Source: Parcubacteria group bacterium Gr01-1014_38 (lineage in GTDB: Bacteria > Patescibacteriota > Andersenbacteria > UBA10190 > CAIZMI01). From it: 64,000 nucleotides of DNA. The translations under genes and the position numbers were made by a program. Location: NCBI GenBank assembly GCA_007376145.1, contig VMFP01000001.1:14639-78638 (forward strand). Direction: 5' to 3'. Under the pieces are notes generated by a model that saw only the letters and a list, made by a program, of their open reading frames with translations, searched no databases and had not been told where the DNA came from. Below are positions 8,665 to 18,271 of the stretch, piece after piece (position 1 is the first letter of the stretch; each line of letters starts with the position of its first letter).

Positions 8665-9672
8665 ATGGCTCTGCGCATCGCGATCAACGGGTTTGGGAGA
8701 ATTGGGCGACCGAGCTTCAAGATCGCGCTCGAGAAACCGGAGCTAGAAGTCGTGGCGATCAACGATTTGACGGCGCCGAACACGCTCGCGCATCTCCTCA
8801 AGTACGACACCGTGTACGGACGCTACGCGAAGGAGGTCTCGGCGGATGAAAGCGCGCTCATGGTGGACGGACGGCGGTTTCCCGTCTATGCGGAAAAGGA
8901 CCCCAGCAAGCTGCCTTGGAAGGACCTTGGTGTGGACGTCGTTCTTGAATGCACGGGATTTTTCACGACCAAAGAGAAAGCCGCGGCACACCTTACGGCC
9001 GGCGCCAAGCGCGTCGTTATCTCCGCGCCGAGCGACAGCCCGGACGTTGAGACTATTCTTTTGGGAGTGAACGAGGATCGCTTGCAGAGTCAGGACATTA
9101 TCGCGAACGGGTCTTGCACGACCAATGCCGTCACGCCGGTCCTGGCTATTCTGGACGAAGCGTTCGGCGTCGAGAAAGCGATGATGACGACGGTGCACGC
9201 GATCACGTCCACGCAAAATCTCGTGGACGGGCCGAACAAAGATCTCCGGCGGGCGCGGGCCGCGTCGTGGAACATCGTTCCCACGACGACCGGCGCCGCG
9301 GAAGCGACGATCCGCGCGCTCCCCGAAATGGAAGGGCGATTCACGGGAATCTCCATCCGGGTTCCCGTGCCGACGGTCTCTGTGGCAGATTTCGCCATAG
9401 TGACAAAACAACCCGCAACGGTCGAGGCGGTGAATGATGCATATACGGCCGCTGCGCAAGCAGAACGATACGCCGGTATTGTCGCCGTGACGGACGAACC
9501 GCTGGTCTCCAGCGATTTCATCGGCGACCCGCACTCGGCGATTGTGGATCTCCAGCTTACCCAAGTGGTTGGCGGAAACCTCGTGAAAGTCGTCGCCTGG
9601 TACGACAACGAATGGGGATACGCGAATCGGCTCGTGGAGCAGGCGATTGCGGTTGGAAAGACGGTCGGGTGA
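8665..9672 (+). CDS. gap: Glyceraldehyde-3-phosphate dehydrogenase
   Basis: INGFGRIGR, SCTTN, WYDNEWGY. Confidence 0.97.
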   Translation: MALRIAINGFGRIGRPSFKIALEKPELEVVAINDLTAPNTLAHLLKYDTVYGRYAKEVSADESALMVDGRRFPVYAEKDPSKLPWKDLGVDVVLECTGFFTTKEKAAAHLTAGAKRVVISAPSDSPDVETILLGVNEDRLQSQDIIANGSCTTNAVTPVLAILDEAFGVEKAMMTTVHAITSTQNLVDGPNKDLRRARAASWNIVPTTTGAAEATIRALPEMEGRFTGISIRVPVPTVSVADFAIVTKQPATVEAVNDAYTAAAQAERYAGIVAVTDEPLVSSDFIGDPHSAIVDLQLTQVVGGNLVKVVAWYDNEWGYANRLVEQAIAVGKTVG

Positions 9673-9705
9673 CGCGGGTCGTCGCCGCGGACGTACATCG
9701 TTTTG

Positions 9706-10899
9706 ATGCGCACCCTACGCACGCTTCGCGGTGTGGACGTGAAGGGGAAGCGTGTGCTCCTTCGTGTGGATTGCAATGTCGCTGTGGATGACGACGGACG
9801 GCCGCTCTCCGGGGCCGAGCAGCGCCTGGAAGCGATTCTTCCCACCATTCAGCATCTTCAGTCGGAGGGAGCGCGAGTGATTTTGCTGTCGCATCTCGGC
9901 CGCCCGGGCGGGAAAGTCGTTGAATCGCTCCGACTGGACGATGTCGCGCGTCAGTTGAGTGTTCTTCTCAATACGCCGGTACGGTACATCCCGGAAGTGG
10001 GGGGTCCCGACGTCTGCGCGCGTGTCGAGCAGATGCAAGACGGCGACATTGCGCTCCTGGAAAACCTCCGCTTCGATCCGGGTGAAGAGAGGGCGGACCT
10101 CGCCTTTGCCGACGCCCTCGCGAGCCTCGGCGATCTGGTGGTTCAAGACGCATTCAGCGTGTCACATCGCAGTCACGCGTCCGTGGCAGTCTTGCCGCGT
10201 CTGCGCCCCTCGTACGCCGGGTTCCTCGTTGAGCGTGAAGTGGACGTGCTCCAGCGGATTCTCGTGAATCCCGAACGCCCCGCGATTGCCATCATCGGGG
10301 GAGCAAAACTCGAGACGAAACTGGCGCTCCTGAAGACTCTCCTTCCTCGCGTGGATCATCTTCTCACCGGCGGCGGCGTTGCCAATACGTTTCTCCGACT
10401 CTCGGGGTCTCCGATCGGTACCGGCTTGGTCGAGACCCACCCCTTCCCAGACGTGTCCGCGCTGCTCTCGGAGTCCTTGGACAAGCTCCATCTCCCGACC
10501 GATGTGCACGTGATTCGCGGCGGGCAGAGTCGCGACGCGCGCATCATCCCCGTGGGCGCGCTGACGCCCGCCGACGACGTCCGGGACATTGGTCCGGAGA
10601 CGGCTCTTGCCTACTGTCGGGTGATCGCCACGTCGAAGACATGCATCTGGAACGGTCCCCTCGGACAGTTTGAAACTCTCCCCTTCGGTGAGGGGACGAG
10701 GCGAGTTGCTCACTGCATTCGGAATGCCGATGCCTTTTCCGTTGTCGGGGGCGGTGATACGGTGAGAGCACTATCCGAGATGGGTCTGCTGAGTGCGTTC
10801 GACCATGTCTCGACCGGAGGGGGAGCCATGCTCGCATTTCTCGAAGGAGCACCGATGCCGGGGCTTGAGCCGCTGTATACCCCGTTAGAAACCGCATGA
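9706..10899 (+). CDS. pgk: Phosphoglycerate kinase
   Basis: SHLGRP, LLENLRF, GGAK, WNGPLG, GGGDT, STGGGA. Confidence 0.95.
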   Translation: MRTLRTLRGVDVKGKRVLLRVDCNVAVDDDGRPLSGAEQRLEAILPTIQHLQSEGARVILLSHLGRPGGKVVESLRLDDVARQLSVLLNTPVRYIPEVGGPDVCARVEQMQDGDIALLENLRFDPGEERADLAFADALASLGDLVVQDAFSVSHRSHASVAVLPRLRPSYAGFLVEREVDVLQRILVNPERPAIAIIGGAKLETKLALLKTLLPRVDHLLTGGGVANTFLRLSGSPIGTGLVETHPFPDVSALLSESLDKLHLPTDVHVIRGGQSRDARIIPVGALTPADDVRDIGPETALAYCRVIATSKTCIWNGPLGQFETLPFGEGTRRVAHCIRNADAFSVVGGGDTVRALSEMGLLSAFDHVSTGGGAMLAFLEGAPMPGLEPLYTPLETA

Positions 10900-11017
10900 T
10901 GCGAACCTCCTTTCGCCACACTGCATGGATGGGTCTCTGGGACCCAGGCTCACTACTCTCTCTGCGAAAAATCAGCTGTTGCCGTGCGAGCTTTTTCGTG
11001 CACGGTTTCTAACGGGG
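10880..11017. mobile_element. MITE-like element (138 bp) with terminal inverted repeats and a 4-bp TATA duplication
   Basis: CCCCGTTAGAAACCG (10880-10894) and CGGTTTCTAACGGGG (11003-11017), with TATA on both sides. Confidence 0.8.
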
Positions 11018-11038
11018 TATACTGCGTAGAACCTTCCG

Positions 11039-12343
11039 ATGGCCGCGATCGCGGGCTTACAGGCAGTCGAGATCCTTGACTCCCGAGGGGACCCGACGCT
11101 CCGTGTCACCGCGGTCCTTGATGACGGTTCGATGGGGGAAGCGTCCGTCCCTTCGGGTGCGTCCACGGGTATTCATGAGGCGCATGAACTCCGCGATGGA
11201 GAGGACCAGCGCTACCGGGGAAAAGGCGTGCGCCAAGCCGTTGTGCGTGTCGAGGGCGAAATCCTGAAAGCGCTGAAAAAACGCAAAGCGGATGCGCAGG
11301 AACGGATTGACGAGACCCTCCGGCGTCTGGACGGAACGGAACACAAGGAGCGCTTGGGAGCAAACGCGATCCTCGGCGTCTCGCTTGCCGTTGCCCGTGC
11401 CGTGGCAGCATCCGCTCGTCTTCCGCTCTATGCGTACCTTCGTCGGCTCGCGGGCAAGGAGCAGGAACCGACGTATGTCCTTCCGCTTCCATTGATGAAC
11501 GTGGTGAACGGCGGGAAGCACGCCGACTCCGGACTTGACATCCAAGAGTTCATGGTTCTTCCCGTTGGGGCACCCTCATTTCCCGAGGCCGTCCGGGCAG
11601 GCAGCGAAATCTTCCACGCACTCGGCGATTTGGTGCATGCGGCGGGTCAGAGCCGGAGCGTGGGGGACGAGGGCGGTTATGCACCGCGTCTCGAGAGAAA
11701 CGACGAAGTCTTTGCGCTCTTGGAGCGCGCGGTCGCCGCAACAGGGCGAACGGTAGGGAGGGATGTCGTGTTCGGTCTCGACGCGGCTGCCTCCGAGTTC
11801 CACGACGCGAAGGAACGTGCGTACATTCTGAAAGCACCCAGTGTCACGCTCACGGCCGATCGTTTGGTCGCGCTCTACGCGGAATGGATTGGCAAGTGGC
11901 CGGTGAAGACCATCGAAGATCCCTTGGAGCAGGATGACTGGGATGGGTGGACGAAAGCGACGGAGAAGCTTCGCGGACTCGGTGTCCAGGTGGTCGGTGA
12001 CGATTTCTTCGTGACGAACGTCGAGCGTCTTCAGCGGGGGATTGATCGGAAATGCGCGAGCGCGATTCTTATTAAGGTGAATCAGATTGGGACGCTGTCG
12101 GAGACGCTGGCCGCTATTGAACTCGCGCAGAAGCACCGCTATGGCGTCATCATTTCTCACCGCTCCGGCGAAACCGCCGACACCTTCATTGCCGACCTCG
12201 CGGTGGCCACGAACGCAGGCCAAATCAAGACCGGAAGCCTCTCTCGCAGCGAGCGCGTGGAAAAATACAACCGCCTCCTCGCGATCGAACGCGAGCTGGG
12301 CGAGAACGCCCGCTACGCCGGCGCTTCGGCGTTGAGCGTTTGA
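11039..12343 (+). CDS. eno: Enolase
   Basis: LDSRG.PT, VPSGASTG, GDEGG, LIKVNQIG, SHRSGET, GQIKTG. Confidence 0.97.
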   Translation: MAAIAGLQAVEILDSRGDPTLRVTAVLDDGSMGEASVPSGASTGIHEAHELRDGEDQRYRGKGVRQAVVRVEGEILKALKKRKADAQERIDETLRRLDGTEHKERLGANAILGVSLAVARAVAASARLPLYAYLRRLAGKEQEPTYVLPLPLMNVVNGGKHADSGLDIQEFMVLPVGAPSFPEAVRAGSEIFHALGDLVHAAGQSRSVGDEGGYAPRLERNDEVFALLERAVAATGRTVGRDVVFGLDAAASEFHDAKERAYILKAPSVTLTADRLVALYAEWIGKWPVKTIEDPLEQDDWDGWTKATEKLRGLGVQVVGDDFFVTNVERLQRGIDRKCASAILIKVNQIGTLSETLAAIELAQKHRYGVIISHRSGETADTFIADLAVATNAGQIKTGSLSRSERVEKYNRLLAIERELGENARYAGASALSV

Positions 12344-12570
12344 AGCCCAAACGACAGACGGTGGGTTCGGTATGACCGTTTTGACCGACTTTAAGGAACG
12401 TCAAATCGTTCTGACGACGGCGATCGGAAGACACTTGACAGCACCTCCGACAGGGCATCTCCGAGTGGTAGTCTGATACTGCTCGCGCTATTGGAGGGTG
12501 GGAGCACGTCTCATCCCTAGCGTTCGTCGTAGAATGAAGCAGATTCTTTTACAGAAAGGGGGTGAACTCT

Positions 12571-13245
12571 ATGCGTAGTACATTGACCTCGCAGGGCATC
12601 TCGTCGTTTCTCGGCGGGGTTCTTGCTTGTATTGGTCTCTTCATGTTCGTGCCGACCGCGAGCGCACACGAGACGTCCGGTGATCGTCTTCGCGCACTCT
12701 CGAACTTCGAAGATTCCAAAGGCGGACCGGAGAACGTGGCCGAAGCAGAGCGCCGTCTGATCCTCCACGGCCGGACGCCGCGCGTGATCGGCGCTGCAAC
12801 GGAAGCGACAGCGGCCCGCGTCGCCGCGCCGTCGAAGGACGCGCGGCACGTCCTCTCCAACTTCGAGGATGCACGCGGCGGGAAAGAAAACGTCGCGGAG
12901 ACAGAACGTCGCGCCGTTCTGCGCGGCAGCGTGCCGCGGGTGAAGGGCATCAGCATGGCGGCGGGAGGGGCAGGGATCCAGTCACTTCGCGGGGAAATCA
13001 CGGAGCTGACTCCCACCTTTGTGGAGGTGTGGTACAAGGACGTAAGCGGTAACGACGTCCGGCGCAAGTTTGCGCTGACGGCAAGCACCGTCATGCGCGC
13101 CCACCTGCAGCGCGGGGACCAGGTTGAGGTTCGATTCGCCTTGGAAGGGTGGATCGCGCTCATGGTGCGAGACTTGGCTCCTCCGGGCGAAGAAGCGCGG
13201 TTCGGAGCCAACAACTGCGCCGAGTGTCCTGGAGAACCCATGTAA
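12571..13245 (+). CDS. Hypothetical secreted protein with an internal duplicated ~35-aa motif and C-terminal CxxC
   Basis: Strong SD (AAAGGGGGTG), signal-like segment ending ..PTASA, two LSNFED..GG.ENVAE.ERR..L.G..PRV repeats. Confidence 0.7.
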   Translation: MRSTLTSQGISSFLGGVLACIGLFMFVPTASAHETSGDRLRALSNFEDSKGGPENVAEAERRLILHGRTPRVIGAATEATAARVAAPSKDARHVLSNFEDARGGKENVAETERRAVLRGSVPRVKGISMAAGGAGIQSLRGEITELTPTFVEVWYKDVSGNDVRRKFALTASTVMRAHLQRGDQVEVRFALEGWIALMVRDLAPPGEEARFGANNCAECPGEPM

Positions 13246-13270
13246 GAAACTCCGACCGGTCTCATGACGT

Positions 13271-13309
13271 GCTGTCCGGGTCCCCTCAAGGGGACCCGGC
13301 GGCGTTTTT
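13271..13309 (+). terminator. Intrinsic terminator
   Basis: CCGGGTCCCC-TCAA-GGGGACCCGG followed by a T-run. Confidence 0.7.
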
Positions 13310-13390
13310 GGCGTCAGGCGTTCTGACGCTGCGAGGACTCTTGTTCTGGGCGTCTAGACAACACCGCTGTTTTCCTCGAATCTGGAGAAG

Positions 13391-15625
13391 GTGACAGCAC
13401 GGAAGAAGACGTTTCTCGGATTGGCGGGAATCGTTGTGCTCGCGGTGTTGGCGGTACTCTCCATTCTTCCGCCGCCCCGCGGCGGAGTGCTAGCGCGGTT
13501 TTTGCCTGGCGTCCGACTGGGACTCGATTTGCAGGGCGGGACGCAGCTCATCTACGAAGCGAACATGCGGGAGGTGCCGGCAGCGGACCAGGCGACGGCG
13601 CTCGAGGGCGTGCGCGATGTCATCGAGCGGCGCGTGAACGCCTTTGGGGTCGCGGAACCCCTCGTGCAATTGCTTCGCGGCGGTGCGCCGCGAGTCCTCA
13701 TTGAACTTCCGGGAATTCAGGACGCCGAGGCGGCAATCAAGCAGATTGGAGAAACGCCGCAACTCGATTTCCGAGAAGAGGGAGAAACAGTCAAAGTGAA
13801 AGATCCCGAAGGAAAAGAGATCGAAGTACCTCAGTGGGAGCGAACGGAACTCACCGGCCGTCACCTGAAGCGTGCCGATGTCGTCTTTCACCCGCAGACC
13901 GGCGAGCCGCAAGTGTCGCTTGTCTTCGACGGGGAAGGGAAGCGGCTCTTCGCCGAGATCACGAAAAAGAATGTCGGAAAGCGGATCGCGATTTTCCTCG
14001 ATGGTACGCCCATTACCGCGCCGGTGGTGCAAGAGGCGATTACTGCCGGTGAGGCGGTGATCACCGGAACCTTCGCGGTGCAGGAGGCAAAACAGCTCGC
14101 GACGCGTCTGAATGCAGGGGCACTCCCCGTCCCGATTACGATCGCGACCCGAACCACCGTGGGTCCAAGGCTCGGGCGCGAGTCGCTCGCCCAAAGCCTT
14201 ATGGCTGGCATCATCGGGATGATAATCCTCGGGATCATCATGGTGGTGCTCTACCGCCTGCCGGGAGTGGTGGCCATGGTGGCGCTCACCCTCTACGGCA
14301 TACTGGTCTTCGCCATTCTCCAGACGCTCGGCGCGACGCTGACGGTCGCGGGCATCGCGGGGTTCATTCTCTCGCTGGGCATGGCGGTGGATGCCAACAT
14401 CCTCATTTTCGAGCGCTTGAAGGAAGGACTGCGCGCGTCCTACCCGGCGGGTACGGCATTGACGGAAGGTTTCAAAGAGGCGTGGCCCTCGATTCGCGAT
14501 TCCAATATCTCCAGTCTCATCACGGCCGTGCTCCTCTACAGTTTTGGGAGCAGCGTCGTTCGAGGCTTCGCAACCACATTGAGCATCGGGATCCTCGTCA
14601 GCATGTTCACCGCGATCGTCGTGACCCGCCTCTTGCTGACAGCGCTCACGGGGATGCGAGTCTTTTCTTCGTCTCGGTGGTACGCGCGTCTTTTTCTTCC
14701 GTCTTTGCCGGCCGACCGACCACCGTTCAGTTTCCTTCGCATCGCACGCCTGTGGCTCGCCGTGTCCGGGATTCTCGCCGTTGCCAGCATCGTGGCCATC
14801 GGCGCACGTGGCATCCGGCCCGGCATTGATTTCACCGGAGGATCGCTCCTGGAACTGCGTGGACAGGGTGCGACCGTGCCCACCGTCCGGGACGCACTTA
14901 CGAAAGCAGGAAAAGAGCGCATCACCGTCCAGGATGCCGGGAGCGGCAATGTTCTCCTTCGCCTGCCTCCAGTGAGCACGGAAGAACACGTCGCCCTCCG
15001 CGAGGTACTGCGAACGACCTTTGCCTCATTTGAGGAAATTCGCTTTGAGACTGTGGGGCCGACGATTGGACGGGAACTCCTCCGCAAGGCAATCCTGGCA
15101 ACGGTCTTTGCCTTCGTGCTTATCCTCGGCTATCTGGCGTGGGCGTTCCGCAAAGCCACCAGTACGATCTCCCCCTGGGCCTTCGGGACCATCGCGGTCA
15201 TCGCGCTTGCCCACGACCTCCTGCTCATGGCCGGAGGGTTCACGCTGATCGCGCGCGCCTGGGGAGCATCCGCAGATTCCTTGTTTCTCACCGCCGTCCT
15301 CACGCTGCTCGGCTTTTCCGTGCACGACACGATCGTGGTGTTCAACCGCATGAAGAGCAATCTCTTTCGGCTCCGACTCCCGTTCCGCGACCTGGTGGAC
15401 CGTTCCGTCTGGGAAACGCTCACCCGTTCGGTGAACACGTCGGCGACGACCTTGTTCGTGCTGCTGGCAATGCTCTTCTTCGGCGGAGAGACGGTCCGCC
15501 CCTTCGTGGCCACGCTCAGCATCGGGATTGTGGTGGGGACATACTCCTCGATTTTCATCGCCGCACCGATCCTCGTGGCGTGGCAGGAGCGGCGGTTTTG
15601 GTTCTTCCGAAAGAGAGCAGCATGA
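13391..15625 (+). CDS. secDF: Protein translocase SecD-SecF fusion
   Basis: LGLDLQGG, GMAVDANILIFER, GIDFTGG, SVHDTIVVFNR, TLTRS. Confidence 0.95.
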   Translation: MTARKKTFLGLAGIVVLAVLAVLSILPPPRGGVLARFLPGVRLGLDLQGGTQLIYEANMREVPAADQATALEGVRDVIERRVNAFGVAEPLVQLLRGGAPRVLIELPGIQDAEAAIKQIGETPQLDFREEGETVKVKDPEGKEIEVPQWERTELTGRHLKRADVVFHPQTGEPQVSLVFDGEGKRLFAEITKKNVGKRIAIFLDGTPITAPVVQEAITAGEAVITGTFAVQEAKQLATRLNAGALPVPITIATRTTVGPRLGRESLAQSLMAGIIGMIILGIIMVVLYRLPGVVAMVALTLYGILVFAILQTLGATLTVAGIAGFILSLGMAVDANILIFERLKEGLRASYPAGTALTEGFKEAWPSIRDSNISSLITAVLLYSFGSSVVRGFATTLSIGILVSMFTAIVVTRLLLTALTGMRVFSSSRWYARLFLPSLPADRPPFSFLRIARLWLAVSGILAVASIVAIGARGIRPGIDFTGGSLLELRGQGATVPTVRDALTKAGKERITVQDAGSGNVLLRLPPVSTEEHVALREVLRTTFASFEEIRFETVGPTIGRELLRKAILATVFAFVLILGYLAWAFRKATSTISPWAFGTIAVIALAHDLLLMAGGFTLIARAWGASADSLFLTAVLTLLGFSVHDTIVVFNRMKSNLFRLRLPFRDLVDRSVWETLTRSVNTSATTLFVLLAMLFFGGETVRPFVATLSIGIVVGTYSSIFIAAPILVAWQERRFWFFRKRAA

Positions 15626-16632
15626 ACCGTTCTGGCGCAGCGAAGCCGGATGCCCCGAGCGGGTTCCCACCCACTCGTCCCGACGACGCGGGACTCGCGG
15701 GAACCCGGTTGAGCGACCGAGCGGGCATGGTGTCCCGTGCGGAGCGCGCGGGACGAGCGAGGGAGCGTTCCCCGAGCGAGCCTCGCCGGGGCGAGCGAGG
15801 AAAGCGAGGGGCGCCGGCGAGCTCGCTCATTGGGCATTCCGCAACCTGGGCACTCCTCCAGCGATTGCTGGAGCGAGAGCGACTCCCGGCCGCGGTGCTC
15901 TTGGCGGGTCCGCCGGGAGTAGGGAAGAGGACGATGGCGTCGCGCCTTGCCCGAGAACTCCTGTCGGTGTCCACCGACGCCGAACTCGCCGCACATCCGG
16001 ATGTCCTGCGTCTCTCCCCGCTGGAGGACGCGGCGATGCGTGGTCGCCTGGTCTCCCTTCTGCATCAGGTGAGCGAACGTCCGGTTCGAGCCGAAGTCCG
16101 ACTCATTCTCTTGGAACACGTCGATCAACTCTCTGCCGCGGCCGCCGCCCTTCTCTTAAAAGCAATTGAAGATGCACCGGCGTACGCCAAATTCTTCCTC
16201 ACCGCCACCGTACTCGATCGCGTCGCTCCCACGGTTCGCTCTCGGGCGCTCGTCCGAACGCTGACGCCCCTGCCCGAGGATACCCTCACTCGAGAGCTCC
16301 ACACCCGCGGATTCAGCGCCGTCGAAGAGCTGGCGCGCTTGAGCGGTGGTCGCCCGGGCCTCGCGCTCCGCCTCGCGGCCGACCCAGACCTTCTTCGCCG
16401 CTACCGGGCATGGGGAGCCGCGATGACGCACCTCCGCGCATCCGACATGGACCTTCGCCTCGGAGATGACGCGGAGATGGCAAAAGAATTCTTTGCATTT
16501 TTGGAAAGCACCCTCCGACGCGGGACGCCCAGCGCCACGCTCGTGCGGCGTGTGCGCGAGGCGGAAGCGATGCTCCGGCAACATGTCCCGCCGCACTTCG
16601 TGGTAGAGTACGTAGTGAGAGACGCTCCATGA
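15622..16632 (+). CDS. holB: DNA polymerase III delta' subunit, with a palindrome-rich N-terminal extension
   Basis: ATGA overlap with secDF; IGH, LLAGPPGVGK, HPD, LLKAIED, TVRSR. Confidence 0.8.
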   Translation: MNRSGAAKPDAPSGFPPTRPDDAGLAGTRLSDRAGMVSRAERAGRARERSPSEPRRGERGKRGAPASSLIGHSATWALLQRLLERERLPAAVLLAGPPGVGKRTMASRLARELLSVSTDAELAAHPDVLRLSPLEDAAMRGRLVSLLHQVSERPVRAEVRLILLEHVDQLSAAAAALLLKAIEDAPAYAKFFLTATVLDRVAPTVRSRALVRTLTPLPEDTLTRELHTRGFSAVEELARLSGGRPGLALRLAADPDLLRRYRAWGAAMTHLRASDMDLRLGDDAEMAKEFFAFLESTLRRGTPSATLVRRVREAEAMLRQHVPPHFVVEYVVRDAP

Positions 16633-17180
16633 CTGGTGGACCGGAGATTTCCGCTGCGTTCGCCCCAGTTCTTATGCATCTCGATACGGTCCTCCAGGGC
16701 CTCCGGACGGGGCGAGCGAATCCCGGGCTTGTGGAGCACATCGAGGTGGAAAGCTACGGAACGAAGATGCGCATCAAGGAGCTGGCCACGGTGACAGTGC
16801 CGGACGCGAGGACAATCCACATCCAGCCCTGGGATAAAGGTCACGTACCGATCATCGCCAAAACTATTGAATCCTCTCCGCTCGGAGTGATGCCTGCCGT
16901 CGCGGGAACCGTGATCCGCTTGTCGCTTCCGCCGCTCACCGAGGAGCGACGGCGGGAACTCACCCGCCTCGTCAGGAAGCACTTGGAGGAGGCGCGCGTT
17001 GCCATTCGAAACATCCGGGAGAAGCAGCTGAAGGAACTGAAGAGCAGGAAAGACGCAAAAGAACTCTCCGAAGATGCGCTTGAACGGGAGCGGAAGAAAC
17101 TCCAGGAGGACGTGGACGCCGCCATCACGGCGATTGACAACCGGGGGAAGGAGAAGGAAAAAGAACTCCTTGCTTTTTAA
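16629..17180 (+). CDS. frr: Ribosome recycling factor
   Basis: LRTGRANP, PPLTEERR, RVAIRNIR. Confidence 0.95.
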   Translation: MTGGPEISAAFAPVLMHLDTVLQGLRTGRANPGLVEHIEVESYGTKMRIKELATVTVPDARTIHIQPWDKGHVPIIAKTIESSPLGVMPAVAGTVIRLSLPPLTEERRRELTRLVRKHLEEARVAIRNIREKQLKELKSRKDAKELSEDALERERKKLQEDVDAAITAIDNRGKEKEKELLAF

Positions 17181-17192
17181 AGACTCCGACGC

Positions 17193-18263
17193 ATGCTCGT
17201 CACCATCCTCGCATTCCTCTTCCTCCTCCTCGTCCTCATCATGGTTCATGAGAGCGGGCATGCGCTGCTCGCGCGACTCATGGGCGTCCGCGTGGAGGAA
17301 TTCGGGTTCGGGTTCCCGCCTCGCCTCACCGCTCGGCGCGTCGGGGACACGGTATACTCGGTGAACGCACTCCCGATCGGCGGCTTTGTCCGCTTGACCG
17401 GCGAAGATGATGCCGATGCGGACGATCCTCGGTCATTCGCGATTCAGCCGCGGACCCGCCGCGCACTGATCGTCGCTGGCGGGATCATCGCGAATCTCGT
17501 CTTGGCCGTCGTCGGGTTTACGCTCGTGGCGGGGTTCGGCGTTGATGTGCCCCTCGCCGGAGCGGAGCGCCCCGTCTCAAACCGACGTGTCGAGGTTGTA
17601 GAAATTCAGGACACGCCGGTGCTCCGCGCGGCGGACATTCAGCCACGCGACGTTCTCGTGGCCGTTAACGGCATCTCTGTGGAGAACGCGGCGGATGGCG
17701 CCGAGAAGGTCCGCGGTTTCACCGGAAGCAGTCTCACCCTCACGGTGGCACGGGGCACAGAAACTCGGATCGTGGTCTTAGCCTTCGCGCCGCCGAAAGC
17801 GGCCGGCCAGCGTGTCGGCCTGGCGCTTCTGGACGTGGGCACCGCGCGTGTTCCGTGGTCGCAGGCCCCGCTCGAAGGACTACGCATGACCGGTCAAACC
17901 GTTCAACTCACGTTCTTCGGTATCGGACGCACGCTGCGCGAAGCGATTGTCAACCGGCAAGCGCCGAAAGATCTTGCTGGCCCCGTCGGCATCGCCACCA
18001 TCACGGGAGCGGTCGCAAAGCGGGGATTCGTCCCGCTGCTGGACCTCATGGGAATTCTCTCCGTGAACCTCGCGCTCGTGAATGCGCTTCCGATTCCTGC
18101 GCTGGATGGCGGACGCCTGCTCTTCCTTCTCCTTGACGCACTCGGCATACGGACGCTCCGCGGCCGCCCCGAGCGCCTCGCGCATACAATCGGGTTTATT
18201 GTTCTCCTCGCACTCCTTGCCTTTATTACCTTCGGCGATATTCAGCGCCTCATCCAGCGGTAA
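17193..18263 (+). CDS. rseP: Site-2 (M50) intramembrane metalloprotease RseP
   Basis: HESGH, FGFGFPP, PIGGFV, NALPIPALDGG. Confidence 0.93.
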   Translation: MLVTILAFLFLLLVLIMVHESGHALLARLMGVRVEEFGFGFPPRLTARRVGDTVYSVNALPIGGFVRLTGEDDADADDPRSFAIQPRTRRALIVAGGIIANLVLAVVGFTLVAGFGVDVPLAGAERPVSNRRVEVVEIQDTPVLRAADIQPRDVLVAVNGISVENAADGAEKVRGFTGSSLTLTVARGTETRIVVLAFAPPKAAGQRVGLALLDVGTARVPWSQAPLEGLRMTGQTVQLTFFGIGRTLREAIVNRQAPKDLAGPVGIATITGAVAKRGFVPLLDLMGILSVNLALVNALPIPALDGGRLLFLLLDALGIRTLRGRPERLAHTIGFIVLLALLAFITFGDIQRLIQR

Positions 18264-18271
18264 CATCCTGT

